From Eledone cirrhosa (taxonomy: Eukaryota), in the NCBI GenBank assembly GCA_964016885.1, contig OZ024743.1, forward strand, positions 106,764,001-106,828,000: a stretch of 64,000 bases of DNA, given 5' to 3'. The notes beneath the pieces are model-generated. The model searched no databases, was not told the origin of the DNA, and saw only the letters and a program-made list of their open reading frames with translations. Numbering within the stretch: the first letter of the stretch is position 1; every line of letters begins with the position of its first letter. The translations under genes were made by a program, and so were the position numbers. Shown here in pieces: positions 46,115 through 60,597 of the stretch.

Positions 46115-46735
46115 AATTGTTTCTACTTTAGGCACAAGGCCTGCAAGTACCCAGTGCATTGCTGGTACTTTATTTTATCGACCCCGTAAGGATGAAAGGC
46201 AAAGTCAACCTCGGCGGGATTTGAACTCAGATCGTAAAGGGACGTAACTATGCTGGAAAGCATGGCGTCCAGCCTAGTTGTCATAATAAAAAGGAATTTA
46301 TCTACAAAAGCAAAATCTATAAGACATTATAGAACTCAACGCCTACGTATACCATAATGCTAGTAATCATGCCAGTCTCGTTAAAGGGTCGAACGCCATG
46401 ATTTGCAGCAAAGAGTTACGGCCCTTTATGGTCTGAGTTCAAATCCCGCCGAGATTAACTTTGCCTTTCATCCTTACAGGTTCGATAAAATAAAGTACCT
46501 GTAATACATTGGGATAATAGCTGCCCTTGTGCCAAAAGTAGAAACAACTATATATGGATTGGCACTCTCGGTAGAGGATCTGACGCCATGCTTTGCAGCA
46601 AAGTTTTTCGGCCTTTACGGTCTGAGTTCAAATCCCGCTAGAGTTAACTTTTTCTTTCATCCTTACGGGTCGATAGAATAAAGCATCAGTAAGAGAGTGG
46701 GATAATTGCTGGCATTGTGCCAAAAGTAGAAACAT
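46115..46735. mobile_element. Three tRNA-derived SINEs (minus 46115-46275, plus 46380-46548, plus 46558-46735)
   Basis: B-box gagttcaaatccc, central ctttgcctttcatccttac.gg.tcgataaaataaagtacc, tail ccttgtgccaaaagtagaaacaa. Confidence 0.85.
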
Positions 46736-47459
46736 CTATATATACAATGATAACGTAGCGGTGATACCAAGGCTCAAGGTACTCACATCAAGGCTGCTCG
46801 TTTATGATGCTTGTATATGGGTACATATACGCTTCAACACAATTGTATGCATAAAAATTAAGGATGACCATGAAAGCAAATAATGTTGATATCTTCTATA
46901 TTAGGGCCGATCATGGTCTGGACCATGAATATCACAAACATAACAATATCAACAATAGAGTTATAACGGTGTAACAATTGTAGAGCTCATCATCATCATT
47001 ATTCTCATCATCGGTATAGTCGAGTCGTGTTTTATATCGCTATTGACACCAGATAGGAGGAACGAAATAACAGCAGAAACATGTGTGAAATAAAGCAGTG
47101 AAGAATTAATTGCCGCTATACTAACAAAACGAAAGATATCAATAATATGTGTAAATATGACTATTTACACAACTTGAAAATATATAGGAAAGTGTATTTT
47201 CAAAAATCTATTTCTGGATATATATTCAACATAGGCTGCAAAAATAAATATAAAATACGAATATACAAATAAAAATGCTATTTGAAATATAAAAAATGTA
47301 TCAAATAGAACTACAAATAAATACTGAACATAATATGAAATATAAAATTATAGTATATTTACATGTTTATTTTTTTAGCAATTTTGTATATCTTTGAGTT
47401 ACTAAAGCATTTTATATATACTATCTGTGATCAATTTTACATTTTAATACGTCTATTGC

Positions 47460-47873
47460 GAAAACAAGTGATTGAAATCTGATTCTTCCTAACGGTCTTT
47501 GAAGTAGCGCTATCGGCAGCGTGCAAAGTACAGAGATCAGAAAGTTGCTCCAGGTAGCGATGCTACTTCTAAGAATTGAGAGCAGACAGCTTCGATACTA
47601 CGAACAGGTTGTCGGAATGCTTCAGTAAAGAATCACAGGAAAGATTTTACGAGTAAAAACAATGAGCATAATACACAAGGGTAGATCTGGGGAATAATAT
47701 AGTTGGATAACACACAGGAGCTCGGCTGTTCTCACTTGGGGATCCAGCCTCATCATATGGAAACAGTGCTATTGAAAGGCACCGCTGGAGTACTCTGCTC
47801 TTAGTATCCTTCCGGGAATAAGTGAGCAACGAAGAAGAAGAAGAAGAAGAAGAAGAAGAAGAAGAAGAAGAAG
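47460..47873 (+). mobile_element. RTE-clade LINE 3' fragment with (GAA)n tail
   Basis: LLLRIESRQLRYY near 47563 (RTE motif LLLRIERSQLRW.GH), then (GAA)n at 47832-47873. Confidence 0.7.
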
Positions 47874-48277
47874 CCTGAGGAAGTACCTCTGGTAGTCTAC
47901 AGACTAGGCACTAGACAATTTGAGACGTTATAATTTTCACGCACTTATAATTGACCTACGTAACTGTCGCTCAAATACATAATGTGATAAAAAATATTTG
48001 AAAGGAAAAGAATGATAAATAAACAAATCAAATTAATGCTTTACTCAGTATATTTCCACATGATATTTCAAGGCAGACCCCCTTTTAAATTATGAGACAG
48101 AAACGGTTCAAAATAAAAACGAGCCATCGATGTCATTCTTTGTTCTTTTTATATTTCTACTGCATTGTACCGTCATTTTTTAAAATCTTATCGGTCTTTT
48201 ATCACATATCTCAAAATGCTTCGTATAATATATATATGTGTGTGTGTCTGTGTGTGTGTATGCATATATGTATGAAC

Positions 48278-48307
<30 letters not shown>

Positions 48308-48310
<3 letters not shown>

Positions 48311-48387
48311 TAGTAACACAGCAGTTAGTTCATCATACCGAGAACAATTGTTCTCGGTATGGTGAACTAATTGTTGTGTTATTACTT
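48308..48387. repeat. 80-bp imperfect palindrome with right extension, between (TA)n tracts
   Basis: aagtagtaacacagcagttagttcatcataccgagaaca|attgttctcggtatggtgaactaattgttgtgttattactt. Confidence 0.8.
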
Positions 48388-48450
48388 CTATCAAACTCGT
48401 CCATAGACAGAGTGCTCTATCACTACGAATATTACTTTCCACTGTTCTAC

Positions 48451-48500
<50 letters not shown>

Positions 48501-50084
48501 TAACTATGCTATCATAGTGACTGATATATTTGTCAATGTCCAGTAAATAGGAAAATATTTGACAGTTTATTTGCATAATTTAATTTTGTATTGAAATCCA
48601 GTCAAATTCAACAAGATTTATGTGTGTTGTTTTCTATTTTAACTGCAGGAAAAATATTGCAACTTGTGACCACCTGATTTTAAACCTAGAGTAAGCTGTA
48701 CATTCGTGAGCTACATAATACAACATATTGACTTCGATATAATGACCGGTCAGACGTCGAACAAAATGTGTTTTCGGTTCAAAACCCACCAAGCTCACGT
48801 TTGCTTCGCATACTTTCAGTAAGTATTTGCGGATAAAGGATGGAGTAGTCCATCATCTAATATATTCTTCCCTAAAGTGGTTTTATTTGCAGGAGATTAG
48901 TCTCGCCGCACGATAGACACCACCCTCCCATCAGATTTATTAACAAAGGGAATCAAAACGATTCGCTACATTATCTTTTGACTTCATAGAAATAGCAGTG
49001 AAGTCAGATTTAAAGCATGTCCTTCTACCTTAAAATACACACACACACACACACACACACACACGCGCGCGCTAGGAAATGCAATTCATAGGTGTTTTGT
49101 GTCCAGTAAGAAATTGTAATATACTATGTCAAAGATTAAAGTAACCTGGCGCTATGACATGCAACACGTTACCCGCTTCCAGTCTTATCGTTTCGGCCAC
49201 AAATCTGGCTACTACGACACGTAAAAGGGTGGAGAAAAACACTAGTACTTCAGCAACCGAATCGAATTCGTGCCAGTTGCTCTCAAGACATTACATGTCA
49301 TCCGTCCCCAACTGCTGATTTCCTCTTAAAAATTAAATTGAAAGTATAGCATCCTACGTGGAAGCACACCCATAAGATGAAGTGGCTGATTATGCGGGCG
49401 GTTGTCTCTGGCTGTCCATCATGGCAATTACTTCCCTCATTCCCCTTACTTAAGATATTTCTTTTAATTCACTTTCGTATTTCGATTTATTATCGCAAAT
49501 ATAATATAATCAAACTGAATGGTAGACTATGAAAACAAAGAATTAGCAACAAAAACATTAATAGCAATACAAACTAGGTTAGTGAAATAAAGTTTTCATT
49601 ATTGTCAGGCTTACCCGAGCAATATTAATTACCATAGAAAAGACGATATCCATAGACAATATAACAAAGAATGTTTTTTTTATTTAATCAAACAATAAAT
49701 ATATCTTGAAATTCAGACAGATAGCCATACAGAGACATGTCACAATCAATTTTTCTTCTTAGACATTTACAGTTTTATAATCAAGAAAACCATAAACAAA
49801 TCTATTTCAAATAACAACACTACACATTTTTAGAAACGGAAAAAGAATGGAAGGGGAAGGAATCTAGGGTCACGGAACACTAGGGGGGGGGAGTGTGATG
49901 GTGCAACGGTGTTGAAGTGCGCCTCATGAACAAAAGCGCAAAAGCCGTTCCCATTTTAGATTGTAATGTCCAGTTCACCCCATAAATGACGCAGAGAAAA
50001 TAGCTTTAGATTCACATTCATCTAGCGCCCAGAATACATACACACAATCTCTCTCTCTCTATTGTTATATATATATATATATGT

Positions 50085-50937
50085 ATTGAAATTTCCGTTG
50101 AAAACAGAAAAGGTCATAGAAGTGAAGAGTGCTCTATGTAAGTACCAGAGCAAAATTGAATGTATAAAAATCAATACAATATAATTACCTCATTACCAGA
50201 GGTTTCCCGAATGAGGCGAATACGAAAGAAACGTCTTCATTCGTTCGTCAGACGAGGCAATATAAAACATGGGTAAATACTTGGAAAGTCTCATCAAGAA
50301 AAGCAAAAAAAAATATAGACAAATGAATTAGAATATGAAATATATAAAAATCTTTCAAGAAATATAGTTAGGTGTGTGTATATGTATGTATATACGCTCA
50401 CAGATGTGCATATATGTGTATGCACATATGTATACGTATAGTGAAAAAGTGTGCGTAAATATATAATTTAGGGCAAATGTATCTGTGCATCTGTAATCTA
50501 CAGACAGAATAGATACATCATAAGAACATGAAGGCACGCGCATAAACACACCTACACACACGTACACTTATATGCGGAAATAAAAGAGGTAAGGGAGTGT
50601 AATAATTAAAGGAAAGTATCAATCACGATATATTTATAAAAATGGAACAATAGTTTAGAAAGAAAAAATTAAAGAAAAGAAGACAAACAATGTACACGCA
50701 TACACACACACGTATATCTCACAAAAGAAACGCAAAAATATACATGTTTATATACACACGCACACTTACACATCCATACGTTCGATACGTACACACACAC
50801 ACACACACATACTTACACTCACGCATATTGACCTGTTTGCATGCACACGCATAAAAATGAGGATGTAAAAAAAGGGGAGAAGAAAAAAGAAACAAAACAT
50901 AAAACCTAGATGTAAAAACACGGATATAGAGACACAT

Positions 50938-50969
<32 letters not shown>

Positions 50970-52290
50970 ACACGCACGCGCGCGCACATACGTAGGCGCT
51001 CATGTACATATATAGAAAGTATACACACATTAAGGCGTTCAGCCACATAGATACAGGGTGTAAAAAATTTGTCGATAAGTAAATACAAATATAAAATTAT
51101 AAAATTGTAAGATTGGCTGCGCAAAAATAAAAAATAAAAATAAAAATAAAAAATATCTGGAGTAGAAAACGCAAGTGACCAGTATAATCAGTTAGTGAAG
51201 TAAATAGGGAAGTAAAAAATGGGAAGTGAAGATATTAGGTAAGTGAATCGGAGAATAAAGGGGGGGGGGTATTGGTGGAGGTGAAGTAAAAATTAAAAAA
51301 AATATATAAAATAAACATAAAAATAAAAATGAAAATAAAAATAAATGAAATTATTAATAAGGATAAAAATGAAAGTAAATCAGAAAGGGTAATTATAAAG
51401 AGAATAATAAGAGTTTATGGAGGATAAGTATCTGAAAGTGTGTTAAGTTTATATGACCTGGAAAGCAGGTGTGATTTCATGTGTGGGCAACTGGTGAAAA
51501 TTTCCGTCTTTGTGTTCAGGAAGGTCTTTGGTGATTTAAAATTTTGCAAGATCCAATATTTTCATTTATGCAGAGCGTGCATTTTCTTGTTCCTCTTGCA
51601 TATTCTTTAGATTGGTTCAAAATTGACCAATCCAATTTATATTGAATGCCTTGGTCTTTCAAATCCCAAATTCTGCTAGCCAGAGCTATTGTAAATCTTT
51701 TTTCTGGATGTCGAATGGAGGCGACATGTGAGTAATAACGCGTTTTGAATTTGTCTTCCGCCATACCCACATATCGTTCACTGGTGGCTGGATGGTTGTT
51801 GCTGATGGTTGTCACTTTAGCCGCATATACAATGGCTTTGGTGTTGCATTTACCTTGTAATGGGCATTCACTTTCGATTCTACAGGAGCAAGTTTGATTT
51901 TCTCTAGGTGATTTTTTGTTAATGATATAGGACTTAATAGGGGGACCGCAGGAATAGCTAATTTTGACACAGTTTCTGTTAAAGATCTTATAGTATCTAT
52001 GTGTTCTAGGGAAATGTTTATCTAGGAGCTCTAGGAATTGTTTGCCTACATTAGTTTTAACTGCTAGAGAGTAGGGGGGTGTGAACCAGATTATTTTTCT
52101 TTTCCTGTTTTTATGTTTAATAGAGTTAGTAAGGTTGGGTAAGTATTTAATCGGTTCGCTAAAACCGCTGTTTTGGAGGGCTTTATTATAGTAGGGGGAT
52201 GCCTTATTAAAAATAGCTTCTGAGGAAGAGAGGGTGGAGATCCTACGGCTAATATTAGGGATTAGGTTTTTAAAAACTATAGGAGGATGG
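50085..52290 (-). mobile_element. Second Naiad-type PLE, 5'-truncated, in (TA)n
   Basis: Remnant ORF ~52280->51440: RKIIWFTPPYSL, VKISYSCG, CSCRIESECPLQGKC, IVYAAKV, RYVGMAE.KFKTRY..H, KCTLCINE. A long microsatellite-rich 3' UTR and a hammerhead follow. Confidence 0.85.
50188..50257 (-). ncRNA. Type I hammerhead ribozyme in PLE pseudo-LTR
   Basis: Minus strand: cctcgt CTGACGA acgaatgaag...cctcattcgg GAAA cc-tct-gg TA atgagg. Stem I cctcgt/atgagg. Confidence 0.8.
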
Positions 52291-52728
52291 CAAGAGCCTT
52301 TATATATATATATGTGTGTGTGTGTGTGTCTCTATGTGTTAATAGGCCCCCTGGGCTTAAACCCAACTGACTTTTTTTTTAAATCATCCTCTCTCTCTTC
52401 TCAGTTACTTACTTACATGTGTTTCCGCCTTCTATGTCTTCCTTTGTTTTTCTTTTCTTTCTCTCTTTTTCTTTCTTTCTCTCTGTTCGTTATCGCTACT
52501 TTCCCTCATAGCCTTTTGATAGATAAATAACTATGGGCTCACTACGGATAGATGTATTGTCTATAATCGGCTGAAACATCTGTGACCAGTAGTAGACATC
52601 TGTTGAAGGGAAAATGTACATCCTTTGTGTGTGTCCCTTTACTTTATAACACACGTTAGCATGGGCCACACAGCCTCGTCCCGCTCAATCCATATATATA
52701 TATAAACATGTGTGTGTGTGTATGTGTA

Positions 52729-52844
<116 letters not shown>

Positions 52845-53094
52845 GATATATAAGGTTTTGTTTATGTATATCAAGAATGAATGCTTAAAACTTGTAAAGA
52901 TCATTACTCACCAGAGAACTCGATAATTTGGGTTAGTAGATTATTGTTTTGTTATATAGGGTCGGGACACCGACACTATATAACAACTTTTGCTGCTTCA
53001 AAGGCTAGTTCCAGACTCGGCGTCTGGAACTAGCTGTTGAAACGAGAAGAGCTCAGTCGCCGGAGTTCCGCTTGTTTATAACATGTATATATAT

Positions 53095-53645
53095 ATAACC
53101 TCTCTATAGGTAGTACCTCCAGACAGTTGCACATCATGATTAAAGTACACATTATCACTAACGCTTCCTCTTTCAAGAAACACCTCCAAAAATACGTCCA
53201 AAAGAAATAACAGTTAAGGTTCAAACAAAATAATGACATAAACCTCGACTATCTCAATAATAGACTAGAATTAAGCGCTCAATACCTAAGATAAAAGGCT
53301 AGTGGACTCTACACACATAGTCCCACTTTTGACAACTTTATCAATATATGAGAAACCGTATATTCCGTCCATGCCATTTTACATTTGTGCGTGCTCACAC
53401 ACACTTAGTCATCTAAGCGAATCTAAGTCACCGTTGCCACATTGACTTGTCTTGACCTTAATTTCAATTAAAAAAGTGTTTAAAATACATCAATAAATAA
53501 ATAAATATTGAAACCACTTCCGTCCAGCATCGTATAGCAAGCGACACCGGACACTGGAATAGGTCATTAATTTCCTTGGTTGAAGAGATACTTACCTCGG
53601 AATATCAGGTCAGATCAATAAACTAAGGTAAAAAAGAATAAATCC
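53095..53645 (+). mobile_element. Degenerate PLE 3' fragment (relative of 34035-36195)
   Basis: IGSTSRQLHIMIKVH...ASSFKKH aligns by eye to 35368-35450. A decayed pseudo-LTR follows (ttgaagagatacttacctcggaa). Confidence 0.65.
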
Positions 53646-53711
53646 TACTTTTTGTCCTTTTTGCGTTTTAATTTTTCTCTGTCGAAACCCTGCATTGTCG
53701 TAGTTTTCCAG

Positions 53712-53793
<82 letters not shown>

Positions 53794-54299
53794 TGAAGTG
53801 AATATTTCGATGAGTGTGCTTGTGTACGGATAAAGATCCCTCTGTCATGTTGGTTGTCTCTTAGTGTATGTGTGCAAATGTACCTTAGTTTATACAATAT
53901 GCTATGGTTTGCGTATGCATTATAATATATGTGTAAATCAGACTCTATAAATTGACTATTTTCATATGTTGGCTGCAGTGTACATCGTTATCTTGTCTGT
54001 GGACATAAATCTATATTTCAATATATAGATATTTATGAGCATAAATTGTGTTTCTAGTCAAAGGTCTTTTGGTTTTCTTTCTATGAGCCGTCTTTTATGT
54101 ACGTTGACATATTTATTTTCCTGTACGTGTACATATGTTAATTTATGTATGTCTATGCTTGTACGTCTTTGAGCGTGAAGATATGTGGCTTAGGGGTTAG
54201 AAAATTCGCCTTACTTTCGTGAATTTGAGTCAGGCTGACGCATCGTATCATCTTCTTTTCATCAGGTTCATCTCGGAGCTTAAGATGATTAGATTTGCA

Positions 54300-54760
54300 T
54301 TTTATTCTTCTATGTGATATGTTTCACTTTTGTAATTATTCTGGCAGAGCCAAGTACACATGCTTTTTGTACAGGTTATATGCCAAGATCAAATCCAACT
54401 TGTTGCAAATTTATTGTATTATTGTCTGTTACACATTTCAGGGATCCTATAATAATTGGTACCATTTTTACCTTCCCTACTTTCAGAACTTTATATTTGA
54501 GACCATTGTAGTAGTTTTTCTTTTCTTTTCTTTATGTTTTATTCTCGTGTCAAACGGGAATACCACATCTATAATAAAAGATGTCTTTACTTTTTTGAGT
54601 ATCAGTATTATGCCTGGTTTGTTGTGATCTTTGTTTCCGTTTGTATTGTAATATCCCACAGAATCTTGGCTTCAAACTTTTCCAGCACTTTCATCTCTTT
54701 TGCTACGAAGTGCTCATATCCTTTTCCACCACAGTTGAACCGAAACGTTTTACATGATCC
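54300..54760 (-). pseudogene. Dong/R4 restriction-like endonuclease fragment
   Basis: KVLEKFEAKILWDITIQT, then frameshifted NKPGIIL...IIDVVFPFDTRIKHKEK. Confidence 0.75.
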
Positions 54761-54789
54761 ATAATTATTATTGTTGTTGATGTTTTTCT

Positions 54790-55230
54790 TATTCACCGTC
54801 TTATTCCTGTTAGCGTTGAAGGTGCAGAATTCTCAAACACGCCTTTCAGTTGATTGTGCCAGAAAGAACTGTCTCTCCTTGATCAAATTTTGTCCCCAAG
54901 CGAGACCAACCAATCTTCTGGATGTTGTCTATCCAGCATCTTCGAAATCTACTCCTGGGTTTTCTGCTAGCTGGATTTGAATCCGTCCAATGATGCTTTT
55001 CTGAGACAGTCTTACTATATGCCCGCGCTATCAGAGCTGTGACCTCTCAATTCGGAGAAGTAGCGGCTCTACCAGGAGCAACTCTCTTATGTCTAAGCTA
55101 CGTACTATATCGACAACCGTTATAACACACACCCTTGGGAGTAACATAATTCCATCCGCTTGATATTGCGATCTTGTCCTTGTGCAAGTATTTTATTTCA
55201 CGTCGTTCCCTTCCATTCATTTGGAAAAAA
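54790..55230 (-). mobile_element. RTE-clade LINE 3' fragment
   Basis: Minus strand: LLVEPLLLRIERSQL**RGHIVR and WIDNIQK. Confidence 0.75.
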
Positions 55231-55430
55231 ATTTAGTTGTAAGTTTGTTTCAAAAAGCCACCATTTTCACGCACTATGTCACACCCGATCTACCTAAGAA
55301 ATAGATCATGGCAGCACGTGTCTCTGGTTGGCTCAGTCAGTTAGTCGTTAAGTTCACGAACAGGATATTTCATTGGTCAAACATATGGGACACTCTTCGT
55401 TGCAGCTGGGGTTGATCAGACAACAACAAT

Positions 55431-55432
<2 letters not shown>

Positions 55433-55475
<43 letters not shown>

Positions 55476-55598
55476 GTGAATGAGAGAAAGTGAATGAGAC
55501 AGAGTGAGAGAGAGAGAGTGATAAATAGGAAGCGAAAGAGAGAAAGTGAGTGAGAGAGAAAGCTAATGAGAGAATTAGAGATTGATAATAAGGGAAAG

Positions 55599-55663
<65 letters not shown>
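55433..55663. repeat. (GA)n-rich microsatellite
   Basis: Direct reading. Confidence 0.95.
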
Positions 55664-55668
<5 letters not shown>

Positions 55669-56840
55669 GAGAAATTGAGAGATTCTGCATTTGGAATTTA
55701 CTGATAATAAATTAAGAAAATAATCACTACCTTGATCTTTTCAAAATTTATTTTGCTTCGTTGAACACGTAATTTCTCAACGATGACCGTAATAAAAAAT
55801 AGGGACATGGAAGAATAGTTCACCTGTCGAATAAATTATGTTATAATTTTCTTGTCCAAAAAGATCCAAATTCAAATCCCGCCGAGGTCAATTTTATATT
55901 TCATCTACTCGAGAACGTGAAAGCACTATTAGGCCTGTGAAGTTGCGTAGCTTAGTGGTATTCTTGAACGAAATACATTATTTGACATTGCTTCAATCGA
56001 ATTCCATGGAACATAAGAGATATTACATTTATTCAAAGAGGCAGCATTTTCACTCTTTATGTCACGCAAAAACACACTGAGAATAACAATATTTCAGGGT
56101 GCTCAAGACCACTCAGTGGGCAAAATTGTATTCTACGTGTAATTCAAGTGTCCTGCCATGTCGTACGTTTTCTATCTGAAAATTAGGTTAAGGCTGGACG
56201 TGTTCGTGGAATCCTCAGCCACAGACATGCTCATTTCTGGAGACGAGAGTACCGTTGGTTAAATCTGGTCGATGCCACATTTCGCGATGTTCCAGTTTAT
56301 TAAGCTGTGAAAAAGTAAGTTGTAGATATAGTAATTCAGTTATATGAGGGAGTTTACCTAGTCACTCCAATATCACACTTTCAACCATTTAGCAGTGTTA
56401 TTGGTTATTTTCTTTATAACATTATACTAGTCTCTACCAGATTTCTGATACTTGCTAATGATATTATCAAATAATAGTTGCTTATATCTATCGGTATCTA
56501 TACGTTTATTGTCTTATCGAAAGAAATGATGACGTGATTTTTTATATCGCTGAAGAGATAAAATGAAACAAAAATCGTACTTACAAAAAATTGTAACATA
56601 TTTTTACCATATCTAGATCAGGATCAAATGGGGGTAAAGCTGTATCTTTGATTATGTGTGGAATTAAGGAGATGAATATAAATTGTCCCCTAGAGTTGTT
56701 GGTGGACTGAATTAACGTGAAATGATGTCATGCTCACGGGCACGACACACTTTCGGGAGTCGCACATACCCACTTACGAGTGTGAGCCAAAAACATTAAC
56801 AAGCAATGCTCCTTGAAAATGAGCAGCACAATATGATCTT

Positions 56841-58120
56841 AATAATTGTTTCTACTTTTTGCACAAGGCCAGCAATTACCGCAATGTATTACTGGTGCAT
56901 TATTTTATCGACCCTATAAGGATGAAAGGTAATGTTAAACTCGGCAGGATTTGAACTCAGAACATAAAGGGCCGCAACTCTTTGGTGCAAAGCACGGCGT
57001 CAGACCCTCTACCGATACTACCAATCCCGGGAAATATAGAAGCTAGGTTTACAATTCATTATTATTCGGATTGTCAGTATTGGTAGAGGGTCGGACGCCA
57101 TGATTTGACGTATAGAGTTACGGTCCTTGCCATTCTGAGTTCAAATCCCGCCGTGGTTAACTTTGCCTTTCATCCTTACGGGGTCGATAAAATAAAGTAC
57201 AAGTAATGTACTTGGTAATTGCTAGCCTTGTGCCAAAAGTAGAAACAATTATTATACTGCTAATATAATAATTGTTTCTACGTTTTTGGCACAAGGCCAG
57301 CAATCACCAAGTACATTACTGGTACTTTATTTTATCGACCCCGTAAGGATGAAAGGCACAGTTAACCTCGGCGGGATTTGAACTCAGATCGTAAAGGGAC
57401 GTAATTGTAAACCTAGCTTTTATATTTCCCGTTTTCTGTTAGTTTAAATTCGCTGTTAATAATTACAATTTGTTATTAATTCCAAGTAGCTGTAAGTAAC
57501 AACATTACAACAAACAATGATTTCTTATATAGCCACAAGGCCAGTAATTTTTTTTGGGGGGGGGGGTCGATTAAATCGACCCTAGTACGTGACTTATGGT
57601 ACTTTATGTTATCGATCACATAAGGATGAAAGGCAAAGTTAACCTCGGCGGGATTTGAACTCAGATGGGCAAAGGCCGTAACTCTATGCGTCAAAGCATG
57701 GCGTCCGACGCTCTACCGATACTGCCAATCTTTAATAATTGTTTCTTCGTTTGGCACATGGCCAGCAATTACCCAGTGCATTACTGGTACTTTATTTTAT
57801 CGACTCTGTAAGGATGAAAGTCAAAGTTAACCTCGGCGGGATTTGACCTCAGAATGGCAAGGGCCGTATGCCTCATAAACAGCTATTCTTACCTCAACTT
57901 TTGATGTCTCTTCCCTCCTTTTCTGTGATGACTCTTCCATACGTGCCATACTTATGTCATATTCAGCTGTCGCTATGAGGTGAATAGTTGGCGAATTGGC
58001 ACAATCTTTTGAACGACGGATAGAATGTTTCGCAATTACTTCCGGCTTTCTGCAAACTGAGTTCAAATCCCGCTGAAGTCATCTTCGCCTTTCATTCTTT
58101 CAAGGTCGATGAATTTCCCA
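56841..58120. mobile_element. Cluster of six tRNA-derived SINEs in mixed orientation
   Basis: Minus 56841-57026, plus 57069-57253, minus 57267-57403, minus 57525-57730, minus 57733-57868, plus 57985-58120. All share the B-box gagttcaaatccc and gcctttcatccttacggggtcgataaaataaagtac. Confidence 0.9.
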
Positions 58121-58455
58121 GTACCCGTAATTAGGCCAATAGATCCTTTATATAGTTTTCACACCTTCTATTTCCAATGCTCAGATATTGCATTATGCTG
58201 TGAGAGCGGCCCTGCGCGTACCCCAGGAATTAAGGGCCACTTAATCATATTCGTGTGTTGTTTGGCTCTCATTTTCTCTCCTTCTTACAAGGTAAACATT
58301 TTGCATCTGACATTATATTGTGAGTAAATCATTTCGATGAATCTTTTAATAACTGTATATTATTCTCATTGCATATCATATATATAATCACAAACAAACA
58401 TACACACTAACATGCACACACAGACACACACAGACACACACACACACACAAACAA

Positions 58456-58533
<78 letters not shown>

Positions 58534-58829
58534 GTATGTATGAGATGTGTATATGCATGCCGATGCGTGTTGATTGCTTGTTAATCCACTCACTTTGAAA
58601 GGAAAGTTTGTGAGGTCAAATAAGGGCGAAGACGGTTTTTAATCAGTGAACGATTATCTTAGTGATATCAAGAAATTAATTAAATCAATAGAGGTAAAAG
58701 AGATTACGGGTTACTAAGAACCAATAACATGACGAAAGATAAAGTAGTAATTGATAAATTAATTTCGGCTGAGGAAGTGGAGTAGGGGTAGGATGAAGCA
58801 TAATAAATACCGATGCAGCTGTGTTCGAT

Positions 58830-59238
58830 ATATAGGTAGATAGAAAGATTGGCTAGTTGATAGATTGATAGAAAGATAGATAGATATGTTTCTTTATTAG
58901 CCACAGGGGCACAACAGAAGGGGACAAATACAAGGGGGGAAGTTTACATACAATAAAAAGATAGATAGATAAATAGAAGGATAGATAGTTAGAAAGATAT
59001 ATAGATAGAGAGAGAGAGGGAGGGAAAGAGAAAGGGGGAGAGAGGGAGTGAGAGGCAAGTAGGTGTATACAAAGATTAGCTAGTTGATAGATAGAGAGAT
59101 AGAAAGATAGATAGATAGATAGATAGATAGTTAGAAAGATATATAGATAGAGAGAGAGGGGGAGGGAGAGAGAAAGGGAGAGAGAGGGAGTGAGAGACAT
59201 GTAGGTGTATACAAAGATTAGCTACTTGATAGATAGAG

Positions 59239-59280
<42 letters not shown>

Positions 59281-59735
59281 GTTTATATATCTTTATAGGT
59301 ATATATATATAGAGAGAGAGGGGGGAGATGTAGATAGATAGATAGATATATACGTAGGTAGACACATTTATAGATCAATAAATATATAGGTAGACAGATA
59401 GGGAGCTGGATAGTTAGAGAGGATCGATCTGTAGAAAGATATTTAGGTAATTAAAAATGAAGGAAGAAATTACAATTAACAGAACGACAGATAGATGTAG
59501 AGTCAGGTAGAGAGGTAACGTGATATAGAGTTAAATAGTTAGTTAAAGAAACAAAGGTAGATTCATAGATAGATATAGAGATAGATAGATTTCTTTATTA
59601 GCCACAAGGGCGCAACAAGAAAAGGGGACAATACAAAGACATGCCGGGGATTTTACATACAGTCGTGTAAAAAATATAAAATCAAACAATTTCAACAATC
59701 GAAATCCCCAATAGGGGGGATATAGAGATAGATAG
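58830..59735. repeat. (GATA)n/(GA)n array containing two short LINE 3'-end fragments (58890-58960, 59590-59720, minus strand)
   Basis: tttattagccaca...ggggacaa blocks match 60598-60745. Confidence 0.8.
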
Positions 59736-59786
59736 AAAGTTATATATATATGTGTGTGTGTGCGTATATATATATTTATGTATATA

Positions 59787-59910
<124 letters not shown>

Positions 59911-60597
59911 GATAAAGAGAAAGTGTAAAGAAGGATTGAGAGCGAAAAGAGGGATTGGGGAAGGAAAGGGGTGCAAGTTTTATAGGATAGTCTGACACGA
60001 TACGGATATTCCACCTGTATATGTTTGCCTCTGTGTAGGGAGTGTGTGTGTGTGTGGGGTGGGGGTAGTCAATATTTATGTATGTGTATACGATAAGATA
60101 AATTTGCATGAATGAGAATTAATGAAACGATGAAAGCGTGAGAGGGTGAAAGCTTAAAGTGAATGACGTAAATAGAAATGTGTGTAAAGCATTGAAATAT
60201 AATGACATAAATGAATCAAACTTTGCAAGAGTTTAGATATTGATATAAATAACGTGAAAATATAATCAGACTGAAAAGAATGGACCATCGTCGTTTTCGT
60301 AGATGAGTGATCAAGCTGTTCATTGAATGGAAGAGCTTTCTTGTGAAATAGTAGTGAGAGGGGTTGAAGATTTCTGACACGTTTTATGATAACGCTGGCC
60401 CTGGCATTCCTAGCACTTTTCCTAAAGCGGGGTACACTTACCAAGCATGGCTCTGCTCAAAGCTATGATAAATGACACTTTCCCCAAGAACCTGGTATCT
60501 ACTGTTTCCGAAGCCAGCTTCTGAACCATTTAGCCATGCTACATCACGGTGACAGAGATAGATATATATATATTGATAGATGGACACATAGATACAT

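Noticed and set aside
55260-55400. Possible promoter (CACGTG, CCAAT-like boxes) beside (GA)n
   Set aside because: Short motifs only, with no associated gene.
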